64,000 nt of DNA from Bacteroidales bacterium. Its GTDB lineage: Bacteria > Bacteroidota > Bacteroidia > Bacteroidales > PUMT01. The notes under the pieces are model-generated. The model worked only from the letters and a program-made list of their open reading frames with translations. It ran no database searches and was not told the DNA's origin. Each line of letters opens with the position of its first letter. The stretch's first letter is position 1. The translations under genes and the position numbers were made by a program. The stretch spans positions 6,716-70,715 of the forward strand of contig SLMM01000125.1 of NCBI GenBank assembly GCA_007133565.1, written 5' to 3'. This document shows, piece by piece, positions 16,962 through 26,228 of the stretch.

Positions 16962-19106
16962 GTGAAGAAAATTGTCCGGTTTGCAAAAAAGCATTATCAC
17001 AGCATACGAGTAGCGTCATTTTTTCTGCTGACTGCATTTCTTATTCTGTATATGCTTCCCCGGGAAGGTAAATTCAGGTATGAGTTCCAGAGAGGCCGCC
17101 CCTGGATGCATGAAACACTTATTGCCCCCTTTAATTTCCCGATATATAAATCGGAAGCCGAATTGAATGCCGAGCGGGACAGTCTGCTGGAGGGATTCAG
17201 GCATTATTTCAGGCATGACAGCCTGGTTTATGACTCTATTATTAAGTCCTTTGAGGGGTACCTTGATTCGAATATCGCTGTGTTTACAGGTGTGGCATCC
17301 CGGGATTTTCGTAATCAGGATGAAGGATCTGTTACAGGTGCAGACAACTTTTTCACTGTCGCAGAGGATTTTTCTGCCTACAGTAAAAGATTGCTGAATG
17401 ATATTTATAACCGTGGTATAATAGAACCGGGCGAAACGGCTGACAGGATTGTTGCTGCGCAGGAACCGATAATTGTTGTCAGAAACAATATCGGAGAAAG
17501 GACACCGGCTGATGGCTTTTTCAGGCAAAAAACAGCCTACGAATTTCTTACAGCCAATATTGACAATTGGATAGAGACAGAGCTTAGTGATAAGCCCAGG
17601 GCTTTTGAGGGGTTTTTCTATACTTTGGATTTCAGCGGGTTTATCCATCCAAATCTTACTTATGATCAGTCCATGACCGAGAGAGTCCGGCAGAGCCTGC
17701 TTGATGAGATGTCACATGCCAGGGGTATGGTACAAGCCGGAGAGCGGATAGTCTCAAGAGGAGATCTTATTACCGGCGATGTATACAGGATACTGGAATC
17801 CCTGAAGAGGGAATATGAAGCAAAAGTCAGCGGAGCGAATGTAAACCTGGTGCTGCTCGGACAGCTAATCCTGGTCTTTTCCTTGATTATCGTCCTCTAC
17901 CTGTTTCTTTACAATTTCAGGCGTGAAATACTGAAAGACATAAGAATGACTTTGTTTATTTTGTTTTTGCTGCTTCTCATGGTTTTTGTTTCAATGATGA
18001 CTATCAGATACAGTACCGTGAATTTCTACCTTGTACCCTTTGCCATCGTCGCAATTATTATGAGGACTTTCTTTGATGAGCGGCTTGCCCTTTTTGCCCA
18101 CACCATAATTCTTCTGCTTATTGGGTTTTTTGCCCCAAACAGCTTTGAGTTTGTATTTCTGAATTTTATTGCAGGAATCGTTGCTATCTTCAGTCTTACA
18201 AATCTTTACAGGCGAAGCAAGCTCTTTCTGACGGCCGGTATAATTTTCCTGACATACTCCACCCTTTATTTCGGGATTGCCGTAATACAGGAACGCAGCA
18301 TCGCGTCAATCGAGTATATGAATTTTGCCTGGTTCGGTGGCAACGGTTTGCTTGTTCTGATTACCTATCCTTTGCTCTATATTTTCGAAAAATCATTCGG
18401 GTTTATTTCCGATGCTACCCTGATGGAGCTTTCTGATACAAATCAGCCTTTGCTGCGTAAACTTGCAGAGGAAGCACCAGGGACTTTCCAGCATTCAATC
18501 CAGGTCGCGAATCTTGCAGAGGCGGCAATATTCGAAATCGGAGGCAATCCCCTTCTTGTCCGCACAGGCGCACTGTACCATGATATAGGTAAAATGTCCG
18601 ATCCGGGCTATTTTATAGAGAATCAAACATCAGGATACAATCCGCATGATGAACTCGATTTTGAGGAGAGCGCTCAGAAAATAATCTCTCATGTTCCAAA
18701 AGGCGTTGAAATGGCCAAAAAGCATAACCTGCCTGAGCAGATAATTGATTTTATCAGGACACATCACGGAACAACCCGCGTTCAGTATTTTTACAGGTCT
18801 TATCTCAAGGAGTATCCCAATGATGAGGTTGATCTGCAAAAATATACCTACCCCGGACCCAAACCATTTTCGCGTGAAACGGCAGTTCTTATGATGGCTG
18901 ATTCTGTTGAGGCCGCATCCAGGAGTCTTAAAAAGACTGATGTCGAATCCATTGACAACCTTGTTGAGTCAATAATTAACAGCCAGGTTGGTGAGGAGCA
19001 GTTTACCGATACCGATATTACCTTCAGGGATATAACAATTATCAAAGATATTTATAAGAATAAACTACGGAATATTTACCATGCCAGGGTTGAGTACCCT
19101 GAATGA
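16962..19106 (+). CDS. HDIG-domain 7TM-receptor phosphohydrolase (7TMR-HD / PgpH-like)
   Basis: Architecture is an N-terminal extracellular domain, seven TM helices and a C-terminal HD domain with HSIQVANLAE, LYHDIGKM and RTHHGT. Confidence 0.85.
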   Translation: MKKIVRFAKKHYHSIRVASFFLLTAFLILYMLPREGKFRYEFQRGRPWMHETLIAPFNFPIYKSEAELNAERDSLLEGFRHYFRHDSLVYDSIIKSFEGYLDSNIAVFTGVASRDFRNQDEGSVTGADNFFTVAEDFSAYSKRLLNDIYNRGIIEPGETADRIVAAQEPIIVVRNNIGERTPADGFFRQKTAYEFLTANIDNWIETELSDKPRAFEGFFYTLDFSGFIHPNLTYDQSMTERVRQSLLDEMSHARGMVQAGERIVSRGDLITGDVYRILESLKREYEAKVSGANVNLVLLGQLILVFSLIIVLYLFLYNFRREILKDIRMTLFILFLLLLMVFVSMMTIRYSTVNFYLVPFAIVAIIMRTFFDERLALFAHTIILLLIGFFAPNSFEFVFLNFIAGIVAIFSLTNLYRRSKLFLTAGIIFLTYSTLYFGIAVIQERSIASIEYMNFAWFGGNGLLVLITYPLLYIFEKSFGFISDATLMELSDTNQPLLRKLAEEAPGTFQHSIQVANLAEAAIFEIGGNPLLVRTGALYHDIGKMSDPGYFIENQTSGYNPHDELDFEESAQKIISHVPKGVEMAKKHNLPEQIIDFIRTHHGTTRVQYFYRSYLKEYPNDEVDLQKYTYPGPKPFSRETAVLMMADSVEAASRSLKKTDVESIDNLVESIINSQVGEEQFTDTDITFRDITIIKDIYKNKLRNIYHARVEYPE

Positions 19107-19112
19107 CAGGAG

Positions 19113-19766
19113 TTACCAGCGCATATCAATAATCTCAACATCCTGGTATTTCTCTTTGCTGTAAGTGAAGAAATCCTCCGGTAGTTGTTTTCTGGTGTCA
19201 TAATCATTAACAAGAAATGTATACCTGGTGCCATCTTTCGCGGCTATTACCGCAGAGTATAGAAATAGAGACTCTTTATCGATAAACAGTTTTACGGTAT
19301 GGAAGTCCCGGTCGAGATCCAGGGGGTGAAGGTCGATTTCATAAAGTACCTTTCCCGATTGCCGGGCCTCCCCTATAAACCTGTATCTGAATTCTTCATC
19401 ATATATCGAAAACAGGTTAACAGGGTTTGCCATGATACCGCCATCCTCATCCGGATCGCTGATTATAAGCTCTTTAACATCAGGCATGAGAGTGTAGACC
19501 GATGTGCCGTCAAACCAGCTGACCATTTCCATGGTTTCAAGCCTGTATTTGCTGCCTTTCATCACGATCGTTCCTGTAAACTCTTCCTGCGCATCATCCC
19601 TGAGGCTTGAAACAATAAAGGTGAAATCGAGCTTTACCGAAGGGGCTGCATCAATTCTGGACGAGAAATCATTCAGTATTTTTGCTGCCCTGTCATCCTG
19701 AAGCGCTGATGTTGCTTCAACCGGAAACATAACCGCTGTAATGATTATTGCTATCAGCCTTATCAT
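19113..19766 (-). CDS. LolA-like outer-membrane lipoprotein carrier protein
   Basis: A signal peptide followed by ~200 aa of beta-rich sequence. It sits immediately downstream of ftsK, the conserved Bacteroidota ftsK-lolA arrangement. The family call is by pattern and synteny only. Confidence 0.6.
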   Translation of the reverse strand: MIRLIAIIITAVMFPVEATSALQDDRAAKILNDFSSRIDAAPSVKLDFTFIVSSLRDDAQEEFTGTIVMKGSKYRLETMEMVSWFDGTSVYTLMPDVKELIISDPDEDGGIMANPVNLFSIYDEEFRYRFIGEARQSGKVLYEIDLHPLDLDRDFHTVKLFIDKESLFLYSAVIAAKDGTRYTFLVNDYDTRKQLPEDFFTYSKEKYQDVEIIDMRW

Positions 19767-19799
19767 TTCAAGTAGTTTAAAGATTTCAGTAATTTGGGT

Positions 19800-22247
19800 T
19801 TAATTATCAAGTTCCCTCAATAACTGTTCCAAACTGTACTCGTCCCGTATCAGAACCTGCCTGGCCTTACTTCCTTCAAACGAACCCACCACACCGGCTG
19901 CCTCAAGCTGGTCAATTATTCGTCCCGCCCTGTTGTATCCAATTGAGAACTTCCTTTGGATCAGTGATGTTGATCCCTGCTGATGCTGGACAACAAGCCT
20001 TGCTGCCTCATCAAAAATATCATCCCTCTTCCTGAGGTCTACTTCGGCCGATTCGGTATCGTTTTCACCTACATATTCGGGCAGGTAGTGAGCTGCCGGA
20101 TAGCCTTTCTGTGAGCCAATGTATTCTGTAATTCGGTCAATTTCAGGAGTGTCGATAAAAGCACATTGCAGTCTTATCATATCACTTCCGGCAGAAATAA
20201 GCATATCGCCCCTGCCGATCAGTTGATTGGCTCCCGGAGTATCAAGTATAGTGCGCGAATCCATCATTGATGTTACCCTGAAGGCTATACGGCTGGGGAA
20301 GTTTGCCTTTATCACGCCTGTTATGATATTCGTAGTAGGCCGTTGCGTCGCTATTACCAGATGTATGCCGATAGCCCTTGCCAGTTGCGCGAGCCTTGTG
20401 AGTGGGGTTTCTATTTCCCTGCCCGCAGTCATTATCAGGTCAGAGAATTCATCTATTATCACAACAATATAGGGAAGGTACCTGTGTCCTTTTTCGGGGT
20501 TCAGCCGCCGGGCAGTGAAACGTGCATTGTACTCCTTTATATTTCTTACATGAGCCTCTTTAAGGAGGTTGTACCTTTGATCCATCTCTATGGTAAGAGA
20601 CTGCAGGGTATTTATCACCTTCTGGGTATCGGTGATAATAGCTTCTTCAGTATCGGGCAATTTTGCCAGAAAATGTCTTTCTATCTTTGAATAGACGGTA
20701 AGTTCAACCTTTTTCGGATCAACAAGTACGAATTTAAGCTGCGCGGGATGCTTTTTGTAAATCAACGAGGTAAGAATTGCATTAAGGCCTACTGATTTGC
20801 CCTGGCCGGTAGCCCCTGCTATCAGAAGATGCGGCATTCTTGTCAGGTCGACAACGAATGTTTCGTTTGAGATGGTTTTTCCGAAGACAACAGGTAATTC
20901 GTATCTGGCTTCCTGAAACTTAACCGAACCAATAACTGAACGCATTGAAACGATCTCAGGGTTCTGGTTAGGAACTTCAATACCGATGGTACCTCTTCCC
21001 GGGATAGGGGCAATTATCCTTATTCCCAATGCGGAGAGACTCAGAGCAATGTCGTCTTCCAGGTTCTTTATTTTTGAGATCCTGATTCCGGGTGCAGGAA
21101 CGATCTCATACAGGGTTACTGTAGGTCCGATTGTTGCCGTTATTTTGTCAATCTGGATCTTATAATTACCCAATGTTTCGACAATCCGGTTCTTGTTATT
21201 GATCAGCTCTTCCTTACTTACTGTATTTTCTTCGGTTTTATAATGCTCCAGAAGGCTTATGGGTGGGAACTTATATGACGGCAGGTCAAGAGTGGGGTCA
21301 TAATCTTCAGTTAAACCGGAAATTACCATGTCACCGCCAGGAGAGCCATCCTCGGCTTTTTTCTCTTTAATGAGCAATTTTATTCCGTTGTGGCCGGTGA
21401 AATCGATATCCTCCTCCTGTTCATCATTTTTATCTACTGTTTCCCCGTCATTATCATAATCTTCATCAATTGTGAAAGGGCCCGAAGTATCATCAGCTTC
21501 ACCAGTATCTGCATTAACGTGCCCGGCTGTTTCCGGGTTTTCGGGTGCTGGTTCACTTTCAGATCCCACAACCGGCGATCGGGTTCGTACGGCAAACTGC
21601 CTGAAAAATTTTCTGAGAAAATCTGAGGAACCTCTGACTGAAAAAAGAATGAATGAAAAAAGAAGCAGAACAAGCAATAAAGCTGTTCCGGTTTTGCCAA
21701 GAAAAGCGTTAAGCCATTCTGCCATGTAATAGCCGTGTGCACCGCCTGGTCCGCTACCAAGAAACCCACTTGCTTCACCGAAAATATATCCAAGAGTCAA
21801 TGACAGTAAAATGGCGCCGGTAATAGTTATTCGCAATATCCTGCCGTAATGACCAAGCTTTATTCGAATAAACCTGAATCCAGTTATTATCAAGAGAAAA
21901 GGTATGCTGAATGAGGCTATGCCGAACCATTTGTTAATAAACAGGGAAGAAAGCCATGCCCCGGTTTTCCCGGCCCAGTTTTCAACCCTTAGGTCGGGGT
22001 TCGATATGATTTTTTCCCATTCAAAACTCTGATCAGCTTTCCATGTAAAAAAATAAGATATAAATGACAGTATCATAAACAGGGCAAACAGAATGACAAA
22101 GCTGCCTGCAGAAAGCCTGAAACGGTCATCATTAAAGAATTTCCGGATACCTTTAATTTTGCCCGGAGTTTTATTATTGCCTGTTTTTGAAGCAGCCATA
22201 AAATTGGATCTGTCTAAGCTATATTTTTCCTTACCCGCCGGCTGCAA
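19800..22247 (-). CDS. ftsK: DNA translocase FtsK
   Basis: N-terminal TM helices, an acidic linker, a motor domain with Walker A (GATGQGKSVGLNAIL) and VVIIDEFSDL, and the gamma winged-helix STSLIQRKFSIGYNRAGRIIDQLEAAGVVG. Confidence 0.95.
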   Translation of the reverse strand: MQPAGKEKYSLDRSNFMAASKTGNNKTPGKIKGIRKFFNDDRFRLSAGSFVILFALFMILSFISYFFTWKADQSFEWEKIISNPDLRVENWAGKTGAWLSSLFINKWFGIASFSIPFLLIITGFRFIRIKLGHYGRILRITITGAILLSLTLGYIFGEASGFLGSGPGGAHGYYMAEWLNAFLGKTGTALLLVLLLFSFILFSVRGSSDFLRKFFRQFAVRTRSPVVGSESEPAPENPETAGHVNADTGEADDTSGPFTIDEDYDNDGETVDKNDEQEEDIDFTGHNGIKLLIKEKKAEDGSPGGDMVISGLTEDYDPTLDLPSYKFPPISLLEHYKTEENTVSKEELINNKNRIVETLGNYKIQIDKITATIGPTVTLYEIVPAPGIRISKIKNLEDDIALSLSALGIRIIAPIPGRGTIGIEVPNQNPEIVSMRSVIGSVKFQEARYELPVVFGKTISNETFVVDLTRMPHLLIAGATGQGKSVGLNAILTSLIYKKHPAQLKFVLVDPKKVELTVYSKIERHFLAKLPDTEEAIITDTQKVINTLQSLTIEMDQRYNLLKEAHVRNIKEYNARFTARRLNPEKGHRYLPYIVVIIDEFSDLIMTAGREIETPLTRLAQLARAIGIHLVIATQRPTTNIITGVIKANFPSRIAFRVTSMMDSRTILDTPGANQLIGRGDMLISAGSDMIRLQCAFIDTPEIDRITEYIGSQKGYPAAHYLPEYVGENDTESAEVDLRKRDDIFDEAARLVVQHQQGSTSLIQRKFSIGYNRAGRIIDQLEAAGVVGSFEGSKARQVLIRDEYSLEQLLRELDN

Positions 22248-22394
22248 AATTGCAAATTTTTATTCAAGTTCCCCCCTTTTTTTTGAAATAACAACCATTG
22301 ATATGTTTTATGCCTCTTACGTTGGGAGATAAAATTATTTTAAGGCGATTGCCTCTAATTGTTTTAAAGCATAATTAGTCCGGTAAAAAAAATA

Positions 22395-22402
22395 TAATTT
22401 TG
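22395..22402 (+). promoter_or_regulatory. Candidate -7 box TAATTTTG upstream of carbamate kinase
   Basis: It matches TAnnTTTG 22 nt upstream of the ATG at 22424. No good -33 TTTG is present at the expected spacing. Confidence 0.3.
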
Positions 22403-22423
22403 TTTTTTTATAAATTGCAGAAT

Positions 22424-23380
22424 ATGTCTAAACTGGCAGTAATAGCGCTTGGTGGAAATGCTCTGCTTCGCGGCGATCAGGAAGGGACTATTGAGGAGCA
22501 GGAGCAAAATACCACCGATACAATTGAAAACCTCATATTTCTTTTGGAGGAGGGTTATAACCTTGTCATAACCCATGGCAACGGACCGCAGGTTGGAAAT
22601 ATACTAATGCGGAATGATGCCGGCGAAGAGAAATTTGGCATACCCCAGATGCCTCTGGACATTTGTGTTGCAGACTCGCAGGGAGGCATTGGTTATATGA
22701 TTGAAAGAATGTTGCTGAATGTCCTTAAAAAACACAATATCAAAAAGGAGGTTGTGACACTTGTCACCATGGTTGAGGTTGATAAAAACGACAATGCCTT
22801 TATTAATCCCACCAAACGTGTAGGTAAAATCTGTACCAGGGAACAGGCAGACAGACTTGCCGGCGAAAAGGGTTGGAAGTTCAGGGAGGAGGTAAAGGTA
22901 AAGGATGGCTGGAGAAGGGTCGTGCCCTCACCTGAACCACTCAGAATACTGAATGAAAACGTTGTAAAAGAGATGGCAGAAAAAGGTACTATTGTCATAG
23001 CTTCAGGAGGCGGAGGCGTACCGGTATACTTTGATGAGGATGGCAATGTTAGGCCTGCTGAAGCGGTAGTGGACAAGGATCTGGCTGGTTCATTGCTGGC
23101 GGCAAGGATTGGTGCTGACGAATTTTATATACTGACAGATGTTCCCTATGTTTACATAAATTTTAAAAAGCCCGGTCAGCGGGAGGTTGAATTTCTTAAC
23201 AAGGCCGATGCAGAAAAGTACCTTTCGACCGGCATGTTTGCAGAAGGCAGCATGGCTCCGAAAATAAGGGCTTGCTTGCAGTTTATTGAGATGGGAGGGG
23301 ATAAAAGCGTTATTACTGAGGCTTTTAAACTGGCTGACAAGAAATTCGGCACAAAGATCACAATGGAATATGAAAATTAA
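22424..23380 (+). CDS. arcC: Carbamate kinase
   Basis: MSKLAVIALGGNALL and ITHGNGPQVG are hallmark carbamate kinase N-terminal motifs, and the C-terminus has the IASGGGGVP motif. The start was refined to the ATG at 22424. Confidence 0.9.
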   Translation: MSKLAVIALGGNALLRGDQEGTIEEQEQNTTDTIENLIFLLEEGYNLVITHGNGPQVGNILMRNDAGEEKFGIPQMPLDICVADSQGGIGYMIERMLLNVLKKHNIKKEVVTLVTMVEVDKNDNAFINPTKRVGKICTREQADRLAGEKGWKFREEVKVKDGWRRVVPSPEPLRILNENVVKEMAEKGTIVIASGGGGVPVYFDEDGNVRPAEAVVDKDLAGSLLAARIGADEFYILTDVPYVYINFKKPGQREVEFLNKADAEKYLSTGMFAEGSMAPKIRACLQFIEMGGDKSVITEAFKLADKKFGTKITMEYEN

Positions 23381-23415
23381 TATACCGGATTTTATAACCT
23401 AAATGAATTATTAAA

Positions 23416-24417
23416 ATGGCATTTAATTTGAAAAACCGTAGCTTTCTTAAACTACTTGATTTCACTTCCGGGGAAATAAGGTTTCTACTTGACCTTTCTG
23501 CTACCCTGAAGGCTGCGAAATATGCAGGAACGGAGCAGCAAATGCTGAAAGGCAAAAATATAGCCCTTATATTTGAAAAAACATCCACCCGCACACGTTG
23601 TGCATTTGAAGTTGCTGCACATGATCAGGGTGCTCATGTCAGTTATCTCGGACCTGCAGGATCTCAGATCGGGCATAAGGAATCGATGAAAGATACGGCA
23701 CGTGTACTCGGGCGGATGTATGACGGTATAGAATACAGGGGGTTCGGGCAGGATATTGTTGAAGAGCTTGCCGAATACGCCGGAGTACCGGTTTGGAACG
23801 GACTGACAAATGAGTTTCATCCCACCCAGGTGCTTGCTGATTTGCTTACAATGATGGAGCACTCTGACAAGCCATTGAAAGATGTTTCGTTCTGTTACCT
23901 CGGCGATGCAAGGAATAATGTTGGCAACTCACTTCTTGCAGGTGCTGCAAAGATGGGAATGGATTTCAGGGCTGCAGCACCTGAAGAGTGTCAGCCGGAA
24001 AGTGGTCATGTTCAAAAATGCAAAGATGTAGCTGCATCTACTGGAGCAAGGATTACCATTACCGATGATGTTAAGGAAGCAGTAACCGGAGCCGATTTTC
24101 TCTATACGGATGTATGGGTGTCAATGGGAGAACCTGACAGTGTCTGGGAAAAGAGAATAGAGCTGCTGAAACCTTACCAGGTCAATAACCAGGTTATCGA
24201 ACTGACCGGTAATCCTGCCGTTAAGTTTTTGCATTGCCTGCCTGCTTTTCATAACCGCGAAACAAAAGTAGGTGAAGAGATTTACCGGAAATTCGGTATT
24301 GATTCAATGGAAGTTACCGAAGATGTTTTTGAATCTGAACATTCTGTTGTGTTTGACCAGTCAGAGAACAGGATGCATACAATCAAGGCTGTTATGGTGG
24401 CAACCCTTGGACATTGA
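23416..24417 (+). CDS. argF: Ornithine carbamoyltransferase (classical ArgI/ArcB type)
   Basis: Motifs [17 protein letters not shown] and HCLPAFH are present. The sequence can be aligned end to end with my recollection of E. coli ArgI (for example [40 protein letters not shown]). Confidence 0.95.
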   Translation: MAFNLKNRSFLKLLDFTSGEIRFLLDLSATLKAAKYAGTEQQMLKGKNIALIFEKTSTRTRCAFEVAAHDQGAHVSYLGPAGSQIGHKESMKDTARVLGRMYDGIEYRGFGQDIVEELAEYAGVPVWNGLTNEFHPTQVLADLLTMMEHSDKPLKDVSFCYLGDARNNVGNSLLAGAAKMGMDFRAAAPEECQPESGHVQKCKDVAASTGARITITDDVKEAVTGADFLYTDVWVSMGEPDSVWEKRIELLKPYQVNNQVIELTGNPAVKFLHCLPAFHNRETKVGEEIYRKFGIDSMEVTEDVFESEHSVVFDQSENRMHTIKAVMVATLGH

Positions 24418-24448
24418 AGTTAAGGATATATCTATATCTGAAATCCCG

Positions 24449-24488
24449 GAAAGAGGGGCATGCCATGGTGCCTCTTTCAGGTTTTTTC
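24449..24488 (+). terminator. Probable intrinsic terminator after the OTC gene
   Basis: GAAAGAGG (24449-24456) pairs with CCTCTTTC (24471-24478), followed by AGGTTTTTTCTT. Confidence 0.5.
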
Positions 24489-24569
24489 TTATGTAATTTT
24501 TTATTTTAAACATTTATTCATAACTTGTTTTTGATTTTATTTTAATCTCTAAGTCAAAACTGGTTACTT

Positions 24570-24818
24570 ATGACGATTTATGTAGGGAATATTCCCTATT
24601 CATTAAAGGAATCCGATATAGAGCAATTATTTGCCGAATTCGGTCCGGTCGCGTCAGTTAAAATTATTGCCGACAAGTTTACTCACAGATCAAAAGGTTA
24701 TGGCTTTGTAGAGATGGAAGATGAAGCAGGCGGCGAAAAAGCCATAGAAAACCTCAACGGAAAAGAAATTCTGGGAAGAAACCTAAAGGTTAGCCGGGCT
24801 AACCCGAGGAAAAACTGA
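24570..24818 (+). CDS. RRM-type RNA-binding protein
   Basis: RNP-2 (IYVGNIPY) and RNP-1 (KGYGFVEM) motifs are present in an 82-aa single-RRM protein. Confidence 0.85.
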   Translation: MTIYVGNIPYSLKESDIEQLFAEFGPVASVKIIADKFTHRSKGYGFVEMEDEAGGEKAIENLNGKEILGRNLKVSRANPRKN

Positions 24819-24936
24819 TAATTCCCCGTAAACGGCCAGGTCCGGGTTTTAGTGAACTGGTTATGTTTTCTTCCACCCTGAATAGGTGTTGAAGCTTGCA
24901 ACTACAATACTTTTTTTCCGGTATTCCTGTTATTAT

Positions 24937-25698
24937 ATGATAAAAAAGATGAACAGATATTTCGTTTACATTACATCATTGATCCTTCTTGCAGGTTGTC
25001 TGATATTATCCGGATGTGAAAAGGAGGATGATGAGGAGGGTAAGGACCAGCCAAAGCTCGAAACTGGTGCTATCATGGACGCCGAGGAAAATGTATATAT
25101 TACCGTCAGAATTGGTGATCAGTGGTGGATGGCCGAAAATCTCAGGGTTACAGTTTACCGTGATGGTACTGAAATACCAAATTTACAGGATGATAATGAC
25201 TGGCTTATGGCAGGCAAGGGTGCCTGGGTTAATTACGACAACAACGAAAGTATTGGGAAAGAATTTGGGGCGCTTTATAACTGGTTTACAGTTGTTGACG
25301 AGAGAGGTCTTTGCCCCGATGGCTGGAAAGTGCCTTCGGATGAAGACTGGATGGAATTGGAAAAATACCTGGGTATGAGTGGGGAAACCGTCCTCCTGGA
25401 TGGCCTCAGAGGTTCCGATGAAGGCGGTATGCTTAAAGACACAGGGGTTCAGCTTTGGAACCATCCTAATGCCGGTGCTACTAATGAAACAGGATTTACC
25501 GCCCTTCCTGCAGGATCGAGGCAGGTTGAGCCCATCGTATTTTTTGAATTCCTCAGAGATGATACATATTACTGGACTGTAAGTCAATCTGATGAAAACT
25601 CAGCCTGGAACAGGGGACTTACTTTTAAAACTGCAGGTGTTTTCAGATACTCTGCCGATAAAAGGAATGGATACAGTGTAAGGTGCCTGAAAGAATAG
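24937..25698 (+). CDS. FISUMP (Fibrobacter succinogenes major paralogous) domain lipoprotein
   Basis: Lipobox LILSGC, then WWMAENL, GALYNW, CPDGWKVPSDEDW and YSVRCLK, all typical of the FISUMP domain. The start was refined to the ATG at 24937; ATG 24949 is also possible. Confidence 0.75.
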   Translation: MIKKMNRYFVYITSLILLAGCLILSGCEKEDDEEGKDQPKLETGAIMDAEENVYITVRIGDQWWMAENLRVTVYRDGTEIPNLQDDNDWLMAGKGAWVNYDNNESIGKEFGALYNWFTVVDERGLCPDGWKVPSDEDWMELEKYLGMSGETVLLDGLRGSDEGGMLKDTGVQLWNHPNAGATNETGFTALPAGSRQVEPIVFFEFLRDDTYYWTVSQSDENSAWNRGLTFKTAGVFRYSADKRNGYSVRCLKE

Positions 25699-25710
25699 GT
25701 GATGTTAAAA

Positions 25711-25740
25711 AGGCTGCCCTTTTGAGGCAGCCTCTTCTTT
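25711..25740. terminator. Bidirectional terminator hairpin between the FISUMP gene and tmRNA
   Basis: AGGCTGCC-N7-GGCAGCCT forms an 8-bp stem, flanked by AAAAA on the left and CTTCTTT on the right. Confidence 0.6.
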
Positions 25741-26130
25741 GTGGAGCTGGAGGGAATCGAACCCTCGTCCAAACAAGGAACCTATATGGTTTCTACATGC
25801 TTAGTCTGTTATTTATTGTCGGGCCCGGGCCGGAAACAGACAACCTATCCGGACCTTATTCCCTAGTTTCTCACCGGGGGTGCGGGAAAACCCCCCAGCC
25901 AGCCCGACTTTCCGGTGCCTCTTAACCAAAAACCGCCGGGCACGGTCTTTGAGAGACAGCTTGTCTGCGGTCCTTGACCGCAGATATGGCATAGATCTTC
26001 TTAAGATTATGCCGCAAGCGCGTAGTTATTCTCGCCGTTTATTAATCCGCACTACAGTTTTACGAGTTAAAATGCATTGCTCGGCATGCTTGCATATCTG
26101 TCCGACTTGCTGTCAAAACCAGTCAGCCCC
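25741..26130 (-). ncRNA. ssrA: tmRNA (SsrA), tag peptide (A)GENNYALAA
   Basis: The reverse strand begins GGGGCTGACTGGTTTTGACAGC and ends GGACGAGGGTTCGATTCCCTCCAGCTCCAC, a tRNA-Ala-like acceptor/T-arm. The internal reading frame GGC GAG AAT AAC TAC GCG CTT GCG GCA TAA is the complement of 26007-26036. Confidence 0.95.
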
Positions 26131-26141
26131 ATGCAGTAATG

Positions 26142-26149
26142 CAAAAGTA
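26142..26149 (-). promoter_or_regulatory. Candidate -7 box TACTTTTG upstream of tmRNA
   Basis: The reverse complement of CAAAAGTA lies 12 nt upstream of the mature 5-prime GGGG. This is compatible with a precursor trimmed by RNase P. Confidence 0.3.
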
Positions 26150-26228
26150 CAAAAACCCTGCCAATTTATTGCAGGTTAATGCTGTGAATAATTCACCTCA
26201 TTTTGTTATTTTCGTAAAAAAAAGTAAC

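Noticed and set aside
25584-26179. Three overlapping ORFs (62, 80 and 99 aa), plus the 5-prime 90 nt of ORF 26139-27431
   Set aside because: They overlap the tmRNA gene, and the sequence is explained by SsrA. The SDH-like gene starts at ATG 26229.
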